A stretch of DNA of 64,000 bases from Candidatus Omnitrophota bacterium. Its GTDB lineage: Bacteria; Omnitrophota; Gorgyraeia; 2-01-FULL-45-10. A program made the position numbers and the translations under genes. The stretch covers positions 5,723 through 69,722 of the forward strand of contig JBAZNZ010000006.1 of NCBI GenBank assembly GCA_041648975.1. Reading direction: 5' to 3'. The notes under the pieces were generated by a model. It was not told where the DNA came from. It ran no database searches and saw only the letters and a list, made by a program, of their open reading frames with translations. Positions 47,466-58,224 of the stretch are shown piece by piece. How positions within the stretch are numbered: the stretch's first letter is position 1; each line of letters begins with the position of its first letter.

Positions 47466-47885
47466 ATGGGTTTAATGCCAAAGAGAGTAAAATTCAGGAA
47501 GAGCCAGAGGGGCAGGCGCTTTGGAACATCATGGAGGGGCGCAACCCTCTCTTTCGGCGAATTCGGTCTGAAGGCCCTAGAAAATGCCTATTTTTCCGAC
47601 AGGCAGATAGAAGCGGCAAGGGTCGCGTTCATGAGGAGCCTCAAGGGCGGCGGAAAGATATGGATCAGGGTATTCCCGGATAAATCCATAACGAAGAAAC
47701 CGGCGGAGACCAGGATGGGTAAAGGTAAAGGCATCCCGGACCACTGGGTAGCCGTCATAAAGAAAGGCAAGATACTGTTCGAGATGGACGGCGTGCCGCT
47801 TGAGATAGCTAAAGAATCTATGCGTGTAGCGGCGCATAAGATACCTTTCCGGACAAAGTTTATCACGAGAGGGATTGCGCACTAA
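47466..47885 (+). CDS. rplP: 50S ribosomal protein L16
   Basis: Conserved L16. Confidence 0.93.
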   Translation: MGLMPKRVKFRKSQRGRRFGTSWRGATLSFGEFGLKALENAYFSDRQIEAARVAFMRSLKGGGKIWIRVFPDKSITKKPAETRMGKGKGIPDHWVAVIKKGKILFEMDGVPLEIAKESMRVAAHKIPFRTKFITRGIAH

Positions 47886-48085
47886 TGATAAAGACCAATG
47901 AAATACGGAACATGACCGTAGAAGAAATAGGGCACAAGCTTGAGGCTCTGAAGAAGGACCTTTACAACGCACGGACCGAGGCTGAGGCAGGCAGGATCGA
48001 GAAACCTCACAGGATAGCGGAAGCGCGGAAGGATATTGCAAGATGTGAGACGGTGTTAAGGGAGAAAATAAATGCAAAGCAATGA
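47885..48085 (+). CDS. rpmC: 50S ribosomal protein L29
   Basis: 66 aa, operon position. Confidence 0.88.
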   Translation: MIKTNEIRNMTVEEIGHKLEALKKDLYNARTEAEAGRIEKPHRIAEARKDIARCETVLREKINAKQ

Positions 48086-48362
48086 TAGGGGCATGCGTAA
48101 AACACGCGTAGGTGTGGTTATAAGCGATAAGATGGATAAGACCGTTACGGTGCAAGTGGCAAGAGTGGTACGCCATCCGGTCTATAACAAGATGGTCAGG
48201 ACCGCTACTAAATTCAAGGCACATGACGAAAAGGATGAAGCGAAGATGGGCGATACGGTCAGGATAGAAGAGACCAGGCCCATGTCAAAAACGAAACGGT
48301 GGAGATTGGTGGAGATAATTAAGATTGCCAACCCCGTAGAAAAAGAACAGGTAACGACATGA
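48072..48362 (+). CDS. rpsQ: 30S ribosomal protein S17
   Basis: S17 OB-fold sequence. The alternative ATG at 48093 would remove the overlap with rpmC. Confidence 0.88.
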   Translation: MQSNDRGMRKTRVGVVISDKMDKTVTVQVARVVRHPVYNKMVRTATKFKAHDEKDEAKMGDTVRIEETRPMSKTKRWRLVEIIKIANPVEKEQVTT

Positions 48363-48727
48363 TCAGGATGAGAAGCATACTTGATGTAGCTGATAACACG
48401 GGCGCCAGGAAGGCGTCTATGATAGGTGTGATCGGCAGGGGGAACCGGAAATACGCCGACGTAGGTGATATTATTACATGCAACATTAAGGAGGCCTCAC
48501 CCGACGCGATCGTCAAGGACCATGAGGTCGTTAAGGGCGTCATCGTAAGAAGCGCTTTTCCCATTACCAGGCCGGACGGAAGCCGTTTGAGGTTTGACCG
48601 GAATGCCGTTGTAATCATCGACCTTCAGATGAACCCGAGAGGGACGAGGATATTCGGCCCCGTGGCAAGAGAGCTGCGCGACAAGAACTTTATGAAGATA
48701 ATCTCCCTGGCGCCGGAGGTACTGTGA
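48359..48727 (+). CDS. rplN: 50S ribosomal protein L14
   Basis: Conserved L14. Confidence 0.95.
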   Translation: MIRMRSILDVADNTGARKASMIGVIGRGNRKYADVGDIITCNIKEASPDAIVKDHEVVKGVIVRSAFPITRPDGSRLRFDRNAVVIIDLQMNPRGTRIFGPVARELRDKNFMKIISLAPEVL

Positions 48728-49035
48728 ATAAGATTAAAAAGAATGATATAGTTTTTGTGCTTTCCGGCAGGTCGCGCGGAAAGACGGGAAAGGTTTTCAG
48801 GATATTCCCGAAAAAGGAGCGCGCGCTCGTCGAAGGCGTCAATTACGTGAAGAAGCATGTGAGGAAGACGAAGAACGACCAGCAGGGCGGCGTAGCTCAA
48901 AAAGAGAGTCCTATACAGATATCGAATCTGGCGCTATTTTGTAAGACCTGCAATAAGTCCGCCCACGTCGGCGTCAGCGTGCTTGCCGACGGCACCAGAG
49001 CCAGGTTCTGCAAGCGCTGCAAAGAGGTAATATAA
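48724..49035 (+). CDS. rplX: 50S ribosomal protein L24 with a C-terminal CxxC...CxxC (putative zinc-ribbon) variant
   Basis: GTG start overlaps the rplN stop. KOW domain, then [28 protein letters not shown]. Confidence 0.85.
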   Translation: MNKIKKNDIVFVLSGRSRGKTGKVFRIFPKKERALVEGVNYVKKHVRKTKNDQQGGVAQKESPIQISNLALFCKTCNKSAHVGVSVLADGTRARFCKRCKEVI

Positions 49036-49038
49036 TAT

Positions 49039-49638
49039 ATGATAACACCAAGACTTTTGGAAAGATTCAGAAAAGAGATTGCTTCGGAAATGACCAAGAT
49101 CTTCGGCTATAAGAATTTGCTGGAGGTACCACGGTTGACAAAGATCGTCGTGAACATCGGCCTTGGCGAGGCGACTCAGGACATCAAATTACTTGAAAGC
49201 GCCCAGTCTGAAATAGCTATGATCACCGGGCAGAAACCTGTGGTGACCAAAGCCAAAAAGGCTATAGCCAATTTTAAGATACGTAAGGGTTCGCCGATAG
49301 GATGCAAGGTAACGCTCAGGCGCGCCAGGATGTATGAATTTCTCGACAGACTCATATCTGTTTCAATACCCCGGATCAGGGATTTCAGGGGGCTGTCTAC
49401 CGAATCGTTTGATGAGGGCGGTAATTATTCGTTTGGATTGAATGAACAGCTGATATTTCCCGAGATCGACGCGGATAAGGTCATGAAAGCGCATGGCATG
49501 GATATAACTATATGTACTACCGCAAAGACAAAAAAAGAGGCGTTTGAACTTTTGAGGCTGGTCGGGATGCCGTTTATCCGTCCCATCGAAGGAAAAGCGC
49601 CTGCAGCAGAGCAGGCCCGCCTGCCCGGCAAAAACTAA
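49039..49638 (+). CDS. rplE: 50S ribosomal protein L5
   Basis: Conserved L5. Confidence 0.93.
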   Translation: MITPRLLERFRKEIASEMTKIFGYKNLLEVPRLTKIVVNIGLGEATQDIKLLESAQSEIAMITGQKPVVTKAKKAIANFKIRKGSPIGCKVTLRRARMYEFLDRLISVSIPRIRDFRGLSTESFDEGGNYSFGLNEQLIFPEIDADKVMKAHGMDITICTTAKTKKEAFELLRLVGMPFIRPIEGKAPAAEQARLPGKN

Positions 49639-49674
49639 CTCAGGCGGGCAGGTTAAAAAATAGGAAGTGATGAT

Positions 49675-49860
49675 ATGGCAAAGACGTCGTTAATAGTCAA
49701 GTCGCAGAGGACACCCAAGTTCAAGGTCAGAAAGTATCATAGGTGCCTTATCTGTGGAAGGCCGCGCGGTTTCATAGGCAGGTTCCAGATCTGCAGGCTG
49801 TGTTTCAGGGAACTTGCTTCGCGAGGCGAAATACCCGGCGTTGTAAAAGCAAGCTGGTAA
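49675..49860 (+). CDS. rpsZ: 30S ribosomal protein S14 type Z (zinc-binding, 61 aa)
   Basis: [23 protein letters not shown]. Confidence 0.9.
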   Translation: MAKTSLIVKSQRTPKFKVRKYHRCLICGRPRGFIGRFQICRLCFRELASRGEIPGVVKASW

Positions 49861-50025
49861 TTGAGGTAAACAACTTTGTGTAATGTTATATGTGGAATGT
49901 GTAAAGTAGGTTTAATGGTTAATTGTGTAATGAAAGAGAATTTTCCATTACACATAGCTTCATTACACCGGCATTACACATTACACTTTGCACATTACGC
50001 AAACATTTAGGAAGCGAGCAGCAAT
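49861..50025. repeat. 165-nt rpsZ-rpsH spacer packed with TGTGTAATG / CATTACACA inverted repeats
   Basis: At least 2 copies of TGTGTAATG and at least 4 of CATTACAC. A perfect 9-bp hairpin is TGTGTAATG-aaagagaattttc-CATTACACA. Confidence 0.5.
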
Positions 50026-50424
50026 ATGTCAGTGACAGACCCGATATCAGATATGCTTACAATCATAAGGAACGGAAGTTCCTCCAAGAAAGAGGTCGTA
50101 GAGGTAAAGAACTCGATCTTTTCCGAAGAAATATTGAAGATACTGAAGAGAGAAGGATTTATAGCAAATTATAAGCTTATCAAGGACAATAAGCAGGGGC
50201 TGCTGAGGGTATATCTCAGGTACTCTAAAGACGGAGTACCGGCCTTGATGGGTATAAAGCGTATCTCTAAGCCCGGCCTAAGGATATATAAGAAGACCGA
50301 CGCGCTACCTAAAGTATACAGCGGATTGGGCGTTGCGATAATTTCCACATCCAACGGGCTGATGACCGATACGGCTGCGCGTGAAAAGAAGGTGGGTGGA
50401 GAAGTAGTCTGCTACGCCTGGTAA
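50026..50424 (+). CDS. rpsH: 30S ribosomal protein S8
   Basis: Conserved S8. Confidence 0.93.
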   Translation: MSVTDPISDMLTIIRNGSSSKKEVVEVKNSIFSEEILKILKREGFIANYKLIKDNKQGLLRVYLRYSKDGVPALMGIKRISKPGLRIYKKTDALPKVYSGLGVAIISTSNGLMTDTAAREKKVGGEVVCYAW

Positions 50425-50433
50425 GGACTGAAT

Positions 50434-50997
50434 ATGTCAAGAATCGGTAAAAAACCATTGAGTCTGCCTAGCGGCGTAAAAGCCTCGATCTCAGGCAGCG
50501 CCATTACAATCGAAGGGCCGAAAGGCAAACTGACCTATAAGGCAGATCCTCGTTTCAAGATCGAGATAAAGGAAAAGCTGGTCTCTGTCGCAAGGCCGTC
50601 GGACGAAAAGCAGGATAAGTCGACGCACGGCCTGATAAGGAGCCTTCTGAACAATATGATAATCGGCGTAACCGAAGGTTATAGGAAGGACCTGGAAATA
50701 ACGGGCGTGGGTTTCAAAGCCGGCGTCCAGGGGAAGGTATTGAATATACAGCTCAGCTTTACGCATCCTATAAATTACAATATACCTGAAGGCATAACGA
50801 TCGAGACGCCGAAGCCGAACCAGATCGTCATAAAAGGGATCGACAAAGCGAAGGTAGGGGAAGTCGCTGCCGAGATCAGGGATTATTACAGGCCGGAACC
50901 TTATAAAGGGAAAGGCATAAAATACGTCGGAGAACATGTCAGGCGCAAAGCCGGTAAGGCTGTCGCAGGCGCAGGCGCCGGCGGAGCGGGCGGATAA
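50434..50997 (+). CDS. rplF: 50S ribosomal protein L6
   Basis: Conserved L6. Confidence 0.93.
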   Translation: MSRIGKKPLSLPSGVKASISGSAITIEGPKGKLTYKADPRFKIEIKEKLVSVARPSDEKQDKSTHGLIRSLLNNMIIGVTEGYRKDLEITGVGFKAGVQGKVLNIQLSFTHPINYNIPEGITIETPKPNQIVIKGIDKAKVGEVAAEIRDYYRPEPYKGKGIKYVGEHVRRKAGKAVAGAGAGGAGG

Positions 50998-51000
50998 CAT

Positions 51001-51369
51001 ATGAAGAGATGGATAAAGATCACAGGTTTGGAGAGAAGGCATAAGATAATCCGGAAGAAGATATCGGGAACGGCTCAAAAGCCGAGGCTGAGCGTCTACC
51101 GCAGTTTGAATAACCTCTACGCGCAGCTTGTCGATGATGTCACGGGGAAGACGCTGGTTTCTTTGTCGACCAACTCGCCGGATCTTAAAGACAAGGTAAA
51201 GAAGGACGCCGGGAATGTAAAAGGGGCAGGTATGTTAGGGGTAGCCCTGGCAGAGAAGTGCAAATCTAAAGGGATCACGGATATAGTGTTCGACAGGTCG
51301 GGATATCTTTATCACGGCCGCGTAAAAGCCCTGGCGGATGCCGCCAGAAAAGGCGGATTGAAATTCTAG
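51001..51369 (+). CDS. rplR: 50S ribosomal protein L18
   Basis: Conserved L18. Confidence 0.9.
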   Translation: MKRWIKITGLERRHKIIRKKISGTAQKPRLSVYRSLNNLYAQLVDDVTGKTLVSLSTNSPDLKDKVKKDAGNVKGAGMLGVALAEKCKSKGITDIVFDRSGYLYHGRVKALADAARKGGLKF

Positions 51370-51382
51370 AAAGGGATTTAAA

Positions 51383-52075
51383 TTGGCAAAACCTGACAAT
51401 AGCGAAAATAACGGGAAGACCGAAGTGAATGGACCTAAAGCCCAGCCTGCCGGAGTTGAAAAACCTGAACAGGCTCCCGATAAGGTTGTAGAGAAGAAAG
51501 AAGCCGCTGCGGCTCCTCAGCCGCCAGCCGCGAGACAGGATAGGTCAAGGAAGGGCGGCAGAGGCGGTTTTGGCGGAAAGCGCCAGTCGCGCGCCGCTTC
51601 GGAAGAAGGGCTTATCGAGAAAGTAGTTCTTATAAAGAGAGTCGCTAAGGTCGTCAAGGGCGGCCGAAGGTTCTCATTTAACGCGTTGGTGGTGGCTGGC
51701 GACGGTAAAGGCACTGTCGGGCTCGGTTTCGGCAAGGGCAACGAAGTCGCCGACGCTATACGAAAAGGCCTGACGGACGCTAAGAAAAATTTCTTTAAAT
51801 TAACTCTCAGCGGAACGACAATACCTCATGAGGTAATAGGACATTATAAAGCGGCGCGTGTTTTACTGAAGCCTGCTGTCGAAGGAACGGGGGTTATTGC
51901 CGGCGGCGCCATACGGGCTATTTGCGAAGCAGGCGGCATAAAAGATATATTGACCAAAAGCCTCGGTTCCGATGCGGCACTGAATGTCTTAAAAGCAGGC
52001 ATCGAGGGCTTAAAACAGCTTAGGCGGCAGAGAGAATTCGCTCCGCAAGGGGAAGTGAAAAGTGAAAATAACTGA
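51383..52075 (+). CDS. rpsE: 30S ribosomal protein S5 with a roughly 60-aa low-complexity N-terminal extension
   Basis: TTG start. S5 core [31 protein letters not shown]. Confidence 0.88.
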   Translation: MAKPDNSENNGKTEVNGPKAQPAGVEKPEQAPDKVVEKKEAAAAPQPPAARQDRSRKGGRGGFGGKRQSRAASEEGLIEKVVLIKRVAKVVKGGRRFSFNALVVAGDGKGTVGLGFGKGNEVADAIRKGLTDAKKNFFKLTLSGTTIPHEVIGHYKAARVLLKPAVEGTGVIAGGAIRAICEAGGIKDILTKSLGSDAALNVLKAGIEGLKQLRRQREFAPQGEVKSENN

Positions 52076-52505
52076 GATCGGCGCGCCGTACGGCGCCAAT
52101 AGGAAGACGAAGCGTCGCGGCAGGGGATCGGGTTCCGGTCATGGCAAGAACGCGTGCCGGGGCCGCAAAGGCGCATTGAAGAGATCAGGCAGGACTACGC
52201 GTCCGGGATTTGAAGGCGGACAGATGCCCCTTATCCGGCGCATACCCAAGAGAGGTTTTAATTCACTATTCAGAGATGCTTATCAGGTGGTCAATGTCGA
52301 GTCGCTTAACAGGTTCGAGAAGAATACGATTGTCGGGCCTGCCGAATTAAAAAAGGCCGGCCTTATAGGCAGCGAGAAGGATCGCATTAAGGTGCTGGGA
52401 AGCGGGAAATTGACCAAGGTTTTGACCATAAAGGCGCATAAGTTTTCTGAAAGCGCGAAGAAACAGTTAGAGGCGGCCGGAGCGAATGTCGAGTACCTGA
52501 AATAA
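52062..52505 (+). CDS. rplO: 50S ribosomal protein L15 (no rpmD/L30 gene between rpsE and rplO)
   Basis: GTG start overlapping rps[11 protein letters not shown] motif. Confidence 0.9.
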   Translation: MKITEIGAPYGANRKTKRRGRGSGSGHGKNACRGRKGALKRSGRTTRPGFEGGQMPLIRRIPKRGFNSLFRDAYQVVNVESLNRFEKNTIVGPAELKKAGLIGSEKDRIKVLGSGKLTKVLTIKAHKFSESAKKQLEAAGANVEYLK

Positions 52506-52535
52506 TACTTCGTTTAATATATTACTGGCGGACAT

Positions 52536-53888
52536 ATGCTAGAAGCGTTTGCAAATATCGTTAAGATCCCTGACCTGCGGAAGAAGATATTCTTCACGCT
52601 CGCAATGATCGCCATATACCGCGTAGGAACATACATACCGACGCCGGGCATCGACGGCACGGCTCTCGCTCAGTTTTTTGCTAACCTCGCGCAACAACAG
52701 GGCGGGGCGCTCTTTGGCATAATGAACATGTTTTCCGGAGGCGCCATATCGCGTTTGACGATATTTGCTCTCGGTATCATGCCTTATATATCATCGTCTA
52801 TCATACTGCAGCTGTTGACGGCCGTAATACCGGCCCTGGAGAAATTGGCCAAGGAAGGCGAATCCGGGCACAAGAAGATAGTCCAATATACAAGATACGG
52901 TACGATTGCGCTGGCAGTGATACAGTCGTTCTTTATAGCCTTATGGCTTGAAAACCCGGCGAGATTCCAGGGACTGCAGATAGTCCAGTTCCCCGGATGG
53001 CCGTTCAGGATACTGACCGTTATTACGCTTACCAGCGGTACCGCGTTCATCATGTGGCTGGGCGAGCAGATACAGGAGAACGGTATCGGTAACGGGATGA
53101 GCCTCCTTATAACGGCGGGTATAGTGTCGAGGATACCAACTGCGTTGTATCAGTTATGGGCCCTGTTTTCTCCCTTTGCGCCGGAAAAAGCTCAGCTCGA
53201 CCCGTTCACGCTCATACTCATGGTGGTGATGTTGGTATTCGTTGTGGTGGCCGTAATAGTTGTAACTCAAGGGCAGAGAAAGATCCCCGTGCAGTATGCT
53301 AAACGCGTCGTCGGCAGGAAGGTCTACGGCGGCCAGGCGACGTTCTTGCCTCTCAGAGTAAATCAGGCGGGAGTTATTCCTATTATATTCGCGCAAAGCA
53401 TCATATTGTTCCCGGCTACGATTGCCGGCTTTATACCGAGCCGCGGCTTTCAGAAATTCGCGGAGGTACTGACTAGAGGTGAAATATTATATAATTCCAT
53501 ATACGCACTTTTGATAGTGTTTTTTGCATATTTTTATACCGCCATTACGTTCAATCCGATAGACATTTCGGACAACATGAAAAAATACGGCGGATTTGTT
53601 CCGGGGATAAGGCCCGGCAGGCAGACGGCAGAATACCTGGATTTTATAATGACGAGGATCACTTTTCCCGGCGCGATATTTCTGGCATTGATTGCTGTAT
53701 TTCCGAGCATTATTTCCAGCTGGCTGAAGATACCGTATCTCGTAGCAAGTTTCTTCGGCGGCACGGGCTTGCTGATCATAGTCGGAGTCATGCTCGATAC
53801 TATGAAGCAGATTGAGTCGCATCTCTTGATGCGGCATTACGAAGGTTTCATGAAACGCGGCAAATTAAAGGCCAGGATATCATCGTAG
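52536..53888 (+). CDS. secY: preprotein translocase subunit SecY
   Basis: 10 TM, 450 aa, conserved SecY. Confidence 0.95.
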   Translation: MLEAFANIVKIPDLRKKIFFTLAMIAIYRVGTYIPTPGIDGTALAQFFANLAQQQGGALFGIMNMFSGGAISRLTIFALGIMPYISSSIILQLLTAVIPALEKLAKEGESGHKKIVQYTRYGTIALAVIQSFFIALWLENPARFQGLQIVQFPGWPFRILTVITLTSGTAFIMWLGEQIQENGIGNGMSLLITAGIVSRIPTALYQLWALFSPFAPEKAQLDPFTLILMVVMLVFVVVAVIVVTQGQRKIPVQYAKRVVGRKVYGGQATFLPLRVNQAGVIPIIFAQSIILFPATIAGFIPSRGFQKFAEVLTRGEILYNSIYALLIVFFAYFYTAITFNPIDISDNMKKYGGFVPGIRPGRQTAEYLDFIMTRITFPGAIFLALIAVFPSIISSWLKIPYLVASFFGGTGLLIIVGVMLDTMKQIESHLLMRHYEGFMKRGKLKARISS

Positions 53889-53907
53889 GGCCTATAGGGG
53901 AAGAAAA

Positions 53908-54564
53908 GTGAAATTGGTTTTGTTAGGGCCTCCGGGCGCCGGCAAGGGAACTCAAAGCGCTGTCCTTGCCAAAGAGTATAAGATACCGCATATCTCGACG
54001 GGCGATATCTTGAGAGCGGCGGTGAAGAGCGGCTCGCCCATGGGCATGAAGGCCAAGGCCTTCATGGATAAAGGCGAACTTGTCCCGGATGAGGTAGTGA
54101 CCGGCATCGTTGTAGAGAGGCTGAAGCAGTCCGATACGAAAAAGGGCTATATACTCGACGGGTTCCCGAGGACGCTTAAGCAGGCTAATGATCTCGACGA
54201 AGCTTTAAAGTTGATGGGCGAAAGCCTCGACCTGGTGATATATTTTGATACGACGGCTAAGGTGGCAATCGAAAGGCTTTCCGGGAGGCGTGTTTGTAAA
54301 AAATGCGGTTTTAATTATCACGTGAAAAATATTCCGCCGAAGAAAGAAGGCGTCTGCGATAAATGCGGAGGCGAACTTTTTCAGCGTCCCGACGATAAAG
54401 AAGCTACGGTGCTGAACAGATTGAAGGTCTATGAGGAGCAGACGAAACCGCTCATTGATTATTACGCGAATAGAGGTAATTTGAAAAAGGTGTCGGGGGA
54501 CCTCGGAGTGGATAAGCTGTTCAAGGTCCTTTCCGCGATGTTCCAGGACGCCGGAGTTGTATGA
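53908..54564 (+). CDS. adk: adenylate kinase (Zn-binding lid CKKCG...CDKCG)
   Basis: LLGPPGAGKGTQ, four-Cys lid. Confidence 0.93.
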   Translation: MKLVLLGPPGAGKGTQSAVLAKEYKIPHISTGDILRAAVKSGSPMGMKAKAFMDKGELVPDEVVTGIVVERLKQSDTKKGYILDGFPRTLKQANDLDEALKLMGESLDLVIYFDTTAKVAIERLSGRRVCKKCGFNYHVKNIPPKKEGVCDKCGGELFQRPDDKEATVLNRLKVYEEQTKPLIDYYANRGNLKKVSGDLGVDKLFKVLSAMFQDAGVV

Positions 54565-55304
54565 TCGTCCTTAGAAGCGGCGACGAGATAGCGAAGATAA
54601 GGACAGCGGGGAAGATAATAGCGTCAACGTTTAAAAAGCTAAAAGGGTTCGTTAAGCCGGGTATTACGACGCAAGAGCTCGACGTTATAGCGCGGGAAGA
54701 AATACTTAGGCTGGACGGTTATCCGGCTTTTAAAGGTTATAAAGGATATCCCGGAAACATCTGCACCTCGATCAATGAAGCTGTGGTCCACGGGATACCG
54801 TCTAACAGGTCACTGAAAAGCGGCGATATAATCTCATTAGACGTTGGCGTCAAGTTTGGTGATTATTTTGCCGATGCCGCTATAACGGTCGGCGTAGGCA
54901 GGATCGATGATGCGGCAACCAGGCTCATCGAGGTGACGGAACGGGCTCTTTACAAAGGTATCGATAATGCGCTGGCGGGAAACAGGTTGTCTGGGGTATC
55001 CTGCGCCGTGCAGGAATTCGTCGAGTCGAACGGTTTTAGCGTAGTGAGGGCGTTTGTCGGGCACGGTATAGGAACGAAGATCCACGAAGAGCCTGAGATA
55101 CCGAATTTCGGCAGGCGTGGAATAGGGCCCAAGCTCGAAACCGGAATGGTGCTGGCTATCGAACCTATGGTAAACACAGGGACGCACGAGGTCGAAATTC
55201 TTGAAGACGGATGGACGGCAGTTACAAAGGATCGAAAGCTGTCGGCTCATTTTGAACATACCATAGCTGTCACGGACGGTGAAGCGCAGATATTAACCAG
55301 ATAG
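54561..55304 (+). CDS. map: methionine aminopeptidase type I
   Basis: Conserved metal ligands and spc-operon position. Confidence 0.93.
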   Translation: MIVLRSGDEIAKIRTAGKIIASTFKKLKGFVKPGITTQELDVIAREEILRLDGYPAFKGYKGYPGNICTSINEAVVHGIPSNRSLKSGDIISLDVGVKFGDYFADAAITVGVGRIDDAATRLIEVTERALYKGIDNALAGNRLSGVSCAVQEFVESNGFSVVRAFVGHGIGTKIHEEPEIPNFGRRGIGPKLETGMVLAIEPMVNTGTHEVEILEDGWTAVTKDRKLSAHFEHTIAVTDGEAQILTR

Positions 55305-55354
55305 AGCAGTGAATATTTACTGGTACCAAAATATAGTCGAGACCGGAGTTTTAT

Positions 55355-55576
55355 ATGTGCCCGAAAGAAGAACCGATCACCGTAGAAGGAAAAATTCTGG
55401 AGACGTTGCCGAACGCCATGTTCAGGGTGGAGTTGGCAAACGGACACAGAGTGCTTGGGCACGTTTCAGGCAAGATGCGGATGAATTTTATAAGGATACT
55501 GCCGGGGGATACTGTTACGATCGAGTTGTCGCCGTATGACCTTACAAGAGGCAGGATAATCAGAAGGGAAAAATAG
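55355..55576 (+). CDS. infA: translation initiation factor IF-1
   Basis: [32 protein letters not shown]. Confidence 0.95.
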   Translation: MCPKEEPITVEGKILETLPNAMFRVELANGHRVLGHVSGKMRMNFIRILPGDTVTIELSPYDLTRGRIIRREK

Positions 55577-55590
55577 GGGCAAGCAATAAT

Positions 55591-55704
55591 ATGAAAGTAC
55601 GTTCAAGTATAAAAAAAATATGCCCGAAATGTAAGGTCGTCCGCAGGAAAGGGACTCTTATGATAATCTGCGCGGAGCCTAAACACAAGCAGAGGCAAGG
55701 GTAA
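55591..55704 (+). CDS. rpmJ: 50S ribosomal protein L36
   Basis: [37 protein letters not shown] (37 aa). Absent from the ORF track because it is under 60 aa. Confidence 0.85.
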   Translation: MKVRSSIKKICPKCKVVRRKGTLMIICAEPKHKQRQG

Positions 55705-55787
55705 AGGGAGGTCCCTCGCGCCTTTAAGAAAGCGACAGGCGCTCGGGACAAATTGCTGGACGAAACTGAAGCAATCTGGAGGACAAA

Positions 55788-56201
55788 GTGCCGAGAATAG
55801 TTGGTGTTGACATTCCTAAGGAAAAAAGGGTCGAGATGGCATTAGGCTATATTTACGGTATAGGAAGAAGCCTCTCGAACAAGATCTTGAAGATCGCGAA
55901 TATAAGCCCCGACAAGAGGGCCAAGGACCTGACCGAAGAAGAGATCGCGCGGCTATCGACCATAATTCAGAAGGACTATAAGGTCGAGGGCGACCTCAGG
56001 AGAGATATATCGGCCAACATAAAGAGACTTATAGATATAGGTACATACAGAGGGCTGAGGCACAGGAGAGGGTTGCCTGTCAGGGGACAGAGAACCAGGA
56101 CTAACGCCAGGACGCGCAAAGGTCCAAGAAAGACCGTCGGCGTCACAAGGCAAAAAGCAGAAAGGGCGGTTACTAAAGACAGTGGAACAGAAAAAAAGTA
56201 A
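55788..56201 (+). CDS. rpsM: 30S ribosomal protein S13
   Basis: GTG start. (M)[25 protein letters not shown]. Confidence 0.92.
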   Translation: MPRIVGVDIPKEKRVEMALGYIYGIGRSLSNKILKIANISPDKRAKDLTEEEIARLSTIIQKDYKVEGDLRRDISANIKRLIDIGTYRGLRHRRGLPVRGQRTRTNARTRKGPRKTVGVTRQKAERAVTKDSGTEKK

Positions 56202-56220
56202 GCCAAAAAAAAGTAAAAAG

Positions 56221-56577
56221 ATGGTGAAGGCTCCGTCCAGCGGCATAGCGCACATACTCGCTACTTTCAACAATACGATAGTGACTATCGCCGATAAGGA
56301 AGGAAATACCGTGGCCTGGGCGTCAACCGGGAGCGCGGGTTTCAAGGGATCAAAGAAATCGACGCCGTTTGCCGCGGGCATAGCCGCTGAAAGCGCGTCA
56401 AAGAAAGCGTTGGAGCGCGGCGTTAAAGAGGTCGAGGTGTACGTGAAAGGCCCGGGCGCCGGCAGGGAGTCGGCAATAAGGTCTGTCCAGGCGGCAGGTC
56501 TTACTATAAGAAGCATCAGAGACGTCACCCCTATACCGCATAACGGCTGCCGGCCTCAGAAACGAAGGAGAGTGTAA
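56221..56577 (+). CDS. rpsK: 30S ribosomal protein S11
   Basis: [22 protein letters not shown]. The ATG at 56221 is preferred; the GTG at 56182 would overlap rpsM by 20 nt. Confidence 0.88.
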   Translation: MVKAPSSGIAHILATFNNTIVTIADKEGNTVAWASTGSAGFKGSKKSTPFAAGIAAESASKKALERGVKEVEVYVKGPGAGRESAIRSVQAAGLTIRSIRDVTPIPHNGCRPQKRRRV

Positions 56578-57203
56578 TGGCAAGAAATACTGGTCCATCA
56601 TGCAGGCTTTGCAGGAGAGAGGGTGTCAAGCTCTTTCTGAAGGGCTCGAGGTGTGTGAGCGACAAATGCGCCATAACGAGCAGGAACTCTGCCCCAGGCC
56701 AGCATGGTCAGATGCGCAAGAAGGAATCGAACTACGGCGTTCAGCTTAGAGAGAAACAAAAGGTCAAGCGGATATACGGGGTCCTGGAAAAACAATTCAG
56801 GCACTATTTCAGTATAGCTGAGCAGGCGAAAGGCGTAACAGGTATCACGCTATTGCAGCTTCTGGAACGGAGGCTCGATAATGTCATATTCAGGATGAAT
56901 TTCGCAAGCTCAAGGTCGGCAGCCAGACAGATCGTACAGCACGGGCATGTTTATGTCAATAATAAAAGGGTCGATATCCCGGCTTTTACCGTAAGGTTAG
57001 GCCAGGAGGTCTCGATAAAGGTAAAGGAACCCGTGCAGAAGAGACTGGCTGAGACAGCGGAAGCTCTTAAGGACAGGGCGATCCCGAAATGGCTGGAGGT
57101 CGATACGAAGAATTTTAAATCTAAAGTAGTTGCCATACCTACAAAAGAAGACGTCGGTTTTCCAATACAGGAACAGCTGATAGTAGAATTGTATTCTAAA
57201 TAA
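56577..57203 (+). CDS. rpsD: 30S ribosomal protein S4
   Basis: Zn-ribbon CRLCRREG...C, S4 domain. Confidence 0.93.
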   Translation: MARNTGPSCRLCRREGVKLFLKGSRCVSDKCAITSRNSAPGQHGQMRKKESNYGVQLREKQKVKRIYGVLEKQFRHYFSIAEQAKGVTGITLLQLLERRLDNVIFRMNFASSRSAARQIVQHGHVYVNNKRVDIPAFTVRLGQEVSIKVKEPVQKRLAETAEALKDRAIPKWLEVDTKNFKSKVVAIPTKEDVGFPIQEQLIVELYSK

Positions 57204-57227
57204 GGCTATACGCGGAGGAGAAATCAC

Positions 57228-58223
57228 ATGGGTATAAGTATGAAGAATTTCGAGATGCCGAAGAAGCTCGTACTCGATGATGCGAGCTATACCCCCACAT
57301 ACGGCAAGTTCATGGCGGAACCGTTTGAGAGGGGATACGGCGTTACTGTGGGAAATTCGCTGAGGCGCGTCCTTATCTCGTCGATAGAGGGGACGTCCGT
57401 CACGTCTATCAAGATAGCGGGTGTCCAGCATGAGTTCTCCGCGATACCGGGCGTGGTGGAGGATGTGCCGCAGATAATACTCAATATTAAGAAGCTCGTG
57501 CTGAAATCACATTTCAAGATCCCTAAGCCGATGTTCATAGAAGTAGATAAAAAGGGCGATGTGACCGCTAAAGACATACAGACCGACGAGACGGTGGAGA
57601 TAGTTAATCCCGATCTGCATATAGCTACATTGACAAAAAACGTGAAGTTTCATGTCGAGATGAATGTCGCCCGCGGGAGAGGATATGTCCCGGCCGAGAG
57701 GAATAAGAAGGAAGACCAGCCCATAGGCGTCATTGCGATAGATTCTATATATACGCCTGTGAAGAAAGTTAATTTCTTTGTCGAAAATACGAGGGTCGGT
57801 CAGATAACGGATTATGATAAGCTGATACTTGAAATATGGACCAACGGGTCCATTGAGCCCAAAGACGCGCTTCTGTACGCGTCGAACATACTCCAAAGGC
57901 ATCTTGATATATTTGTCGGATTTGGAAAACTTCCGGAAGAGGAGGAAGTGCCCGAAGAGACCGAAGAGAAGAAGATGATGAGGGAGAAGCTGAAGGTCCC
58001 TATCTCCGAGCTCGAATTGTCCGTGCGCAGTTCCAACTGTCTTAGAGAGGCCAGGATCAAGACAATCGGGGATCTTGTGAGGAGATCGGAACTCGAGATG
58101 CTTAAATACAGGAATTTCGGCAAGAAGTCGCTTGCCGAGATAAATAAGATATTGGGAGAGATGGGGCTGTCGCTGGGCATGAAGCTCGACGGAGAAAAGA
58201 AGAAGAAAGAAGAGTCCGAGTAA
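57228..58223 (+). CDS. rpoA: DNA-directed RNA polymerase subunit alpha
   Basis: NTD YGKFMAEPFERGYGVTVGNSLRRVLISSIEG and alpha-CTD. Confidence 0.95.
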   Translation: MGISMKNFEMPKKLVLDDASYTPTYGKFMAEPFERGYGVTVGNSLRRVLISSIEGTSVTSIKIAGVQHEFSAIPGVVEDVPQIILNIKKLVLKSHFKIPKPMFIEVDKKGDVTAKDIQTDETVEIVNPDLHIATLTKNVKFHVEMNVARGRGYVPAERNKKEDQPIGVIAIDSIYTPVKKVNFFVENTRVGQITDYDKLILEIWTNGSIEPKDALLYASNILQRHLDIFVGFGKLPEEEEVPEETEEKKMMREKLKVPISELELSVRSSNCLREARIKTIGDLVRRSELEMLKYRNFGKKSLAEINKILGEMGLSLGMKLDGEKKKKEESE

Positions 58224-58224
58224 T

